Assembly: GCA_965227775.1 (NCBI GenBank)
Contig: OZ245777.1
Span: forward strand, 2,035,992 to 2,099,991
Source: Phycisphaerales bacterium
Lineage (GTDB): Bacteria; Planctomycetota; Phycisphaerae; Phycisphaerales; UBA1924
DNA length: 64,000 nt
Direction: 5' to 3'
The notes under the pieces were generated by a model. That model made no database searches and had not been told where the DNA came from. It was given only the letters and a program-made list of their open reading frames with translations. Below are positions 62,580-64,000 of the stretch, piece by piece. Every line of letters starts with the position of its first letter. The first letter of the stretch is position 1. The translations under genes and the position numbers were made by a program.

Positions 62580-63506
62580 GTGGAGAACGTGCTCGGCCTT
62601 CTGCTCCTGCTCGCCGTCGGTGGTGCCTTGTATTGGCTGCTGCTGGTGTTCCTCACCGCCCGCACGCTGACGCACCCGCCCCGCCAGACCTACGCCAGCG
62701 CAGTCTCGCGCGGCCGTGCCGGCGACCCGAGCGAACTCGACGAGCCGCGCGAGTTTGAGGCATGGACGCTTCCAAGCCAAGGGCGCGATCTCTCCGTCTG
62801 GGATGTACGTGGGCGAAGTGCCGACGGCCCGATCGCCATCGTGACACACGGCTGGAGCAGCGGCAAGGTGCACGCGTTGCGACGCCTGCCGCTACTCTGC
62901 AGCTTGTGCTCGCGTGTCGTCTTCTGGGACATGCCCGGCCACGGCGAGAGCGGCGGGCGTTGCACTCTGGGCGTCCTGGAAACCAACGACCTGCTGGCAA
63001 TCATCGAACGCGTCGGCCATGGTCGTCCGATCGTGCTCTGCGGCTCATCGATGGGCTCAGGAGTCTCCATCGCTGCGGCGGCCCGGAGCGAGCACATCTC
63101 GCTCGTCATCGTCGAGGCGCCCTATCGCATGCCCATCACACCCGCCCGCAACGTCATGCGATTCCAGCGCTCGCCCGTGTGGCTGAACCTGAGTCCGGCG
63201 TTGGCATACGTGGGCTTGGCCGCCTGCGGCCGCTGGACTGGTCCGGGGCTGGTGCATGCAGGCGGGCCTGTGTTTGACCGAGCAAAACTGGCCGCCAAGC
63301 TCGCGTGCCCGCTGCTGGTCCTGCACGGCGACGAAGACCCGACGTGCCCGACCGTCGACGGCCGCGAGATCGCCGAAGCGTGTCCGAGCGGGCGATTTGT
63401 TGAGATTCCCGGCGGAACGCACCAAAACCTGTGGAAGGATGCCGACTGCCGTGCGATGATGGAACGTGAATACACGAACGCCATCAACGCCGTCGCCCGA
63501 TCCTGA
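62580..63506 (+). CDS. Alpha/beta hydrolase
   Basis: GTG start and N-terminal TM helix. Nucleophile elbow GSSMG. HG oxyanion-type motif (VTHGWSSG). C-terminal GGTHQNL (His). Confidence 0.75.
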   Translation: MENVLGLLLLLAVGGALYWLLLVFLTARTLTHPPRQTYASAVSRGRAGDPSELDEPREFEAWTLPSQGRDLSVWDVRGRSADGPIAIVTHGWSSGKVHALRRLPLLCSLCSRVVFWDMPGHGESGGRCTLGVLETNDLLAIIERVGHGRPIVLCGSSMGSGVSIAAAARSEHISLVIVEAPYRMPITPARNVMRFQRSPVWLNLSPALAYVGLAACGRWTGPGLVHAGGPVFDRAKLAAKLACPLLVLHGDEDPTCPTVDGREIAEACPSGRFVEIPGGTHQNLWKDADCRAMMEREYTNAINAVARS

Positions 63507-64000
63507 TCTGCTCCGCCGGCTCGTCGGCGTGCTCGATCTCACCACCCTCGAGGCAACCGACACAGCAGAACGCTTGCGCGACTTGTGCGCCAAGGGCCTC
63601 GACCCTCTCGGCGATGGATCGGCGACCGTCGGGGCCATCTGCGTCTATCCGACAATGGTGCCAGCGGCGGCCGAAGCATTGCAAGGCTCCGGCGTGGGCC
63701 TCGCGTCGGTCGCCGGCGCATTCCCGAGCGGAATGAGCCCGGTCTCGCTCCGTGTGGCCGAGGCAAGATGGGCAGTCGAGCATGGTGCCACCGAGATCGA
63801 CATGGTCATCAGTCGCGGCGAGTTCCTGGCCGGCAGATCGGACGCGGTGGTCGAAGAGGTTCGCGAGATCCGAGCCTCGATCGGTGATGCCGCCCTTAAG
63901 GTGATACTCGAAACCGGCGAGCTTGGCAGCGAGGAACGCATCCGTTCGGCGAGTGAGCTTGTTGTGCCGTTGCTTCGCGAGGGCGATTTCATCAAGACCA
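63466..64000 (+). CDS. deoC: Deoxyribose-phosphate aldolase (partial, runs off the right edge)
   Basis: Not in the ORF track. Manual translation gives LDLTTLEATDT...VGAICVYPTMVPAA...ATEIDMVISRGEFLAG...ALKVILETGELGSEE...GDFIKT, which is colinear with E. coli-type DeoC up to the catalytic FIKTSTGK region. The first possible start after the in-frame stop is GTG at 63466; the start is uncertain. Confidence 0.8.
   Translation, partial: MNTRTPSTPSPDPDLLRRLVGVLDLTTLEATDTAERLRDLCAKGLDPLGDGSATVGAICVYPTMVPAAAEALQGSGVGLASVAGAFPSGMSPVSLRVAEARWAVEHGATEIDMVISRGEFLAGRSDAVVEEVREIRASIGDAALKVILETGELGSEERIRSASELVVPLLREGDFIKT

Noticed and set aside
1-64000. Prophage, integrative element or IS content
   Set aside because: No integrase, transposase, recombinase, phage structural or tRNA attachment-site features were seen. 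Only two small low-GC patches (about 2.16-2.33 kb and 35.6-35.9 kb) deviate compositionally.

Overview
High-GC (about 66-67%) bacterial chromosomal segment. It is probably Planctomycetota, Phycisphaerae-like; this is an inference from a giant protein with an N-terminal LExLExRxLL motif, a PEP-CTERM protein, futalosine-type menaquinone genes and many GC-terminated dockerin-like tails. I support about 50 protein-coding genes. I found no rRNA, tRNA, CRISPR array, transposase or integrase. Housekeeping content: enoyl-CoA hydratase, OmpA-like lipoprotein, System II cytochrome c biogenesis (ResB/CcsA), PutA, RibF, NrnA, GlyA, Pgi, M16 peptidase, RseP, DeoC (partial), thiol-redox proteins and a CNNM/CorC transporter pair. 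The most interesting content is an accessory island at 18.4-28.3 kb. It holds six co-directional minus-strand genes for secreted Ca-binding beta-propeller or lectin-type proteins. Five of them end in the same roughly 55-aa C-terminal module: a Cys, two EF-hand/dockerin-like DxDGDGxLTIFDFLAFQNxF segments, then a terminal G-C-(P/E)-stop. The sixth carries a PEP-CTERM tail instead. Two more members (spondin_N and LamG passengers) lie at 33.3 and 39.8 kb. Two decayed orphan copies of the module sit in intergenic DNA. No cohesin-like partner is visible in the window. Other notable items: a 2481-aa giant exoprotein gene with no signal peptide, a Ser/Lys-less signal-peptidase-like gene, an orphan DPPY methyltransferase coupled to ribF-nrnA, and two unusually long structured intergenic regions. 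Two edge-truncated genes (Sel1 at the left edge, deoC at the right edge) are missing from the supplied ORF track and were found by manual translation. All functional calls rest on motif recognition by eye; no database search was run.
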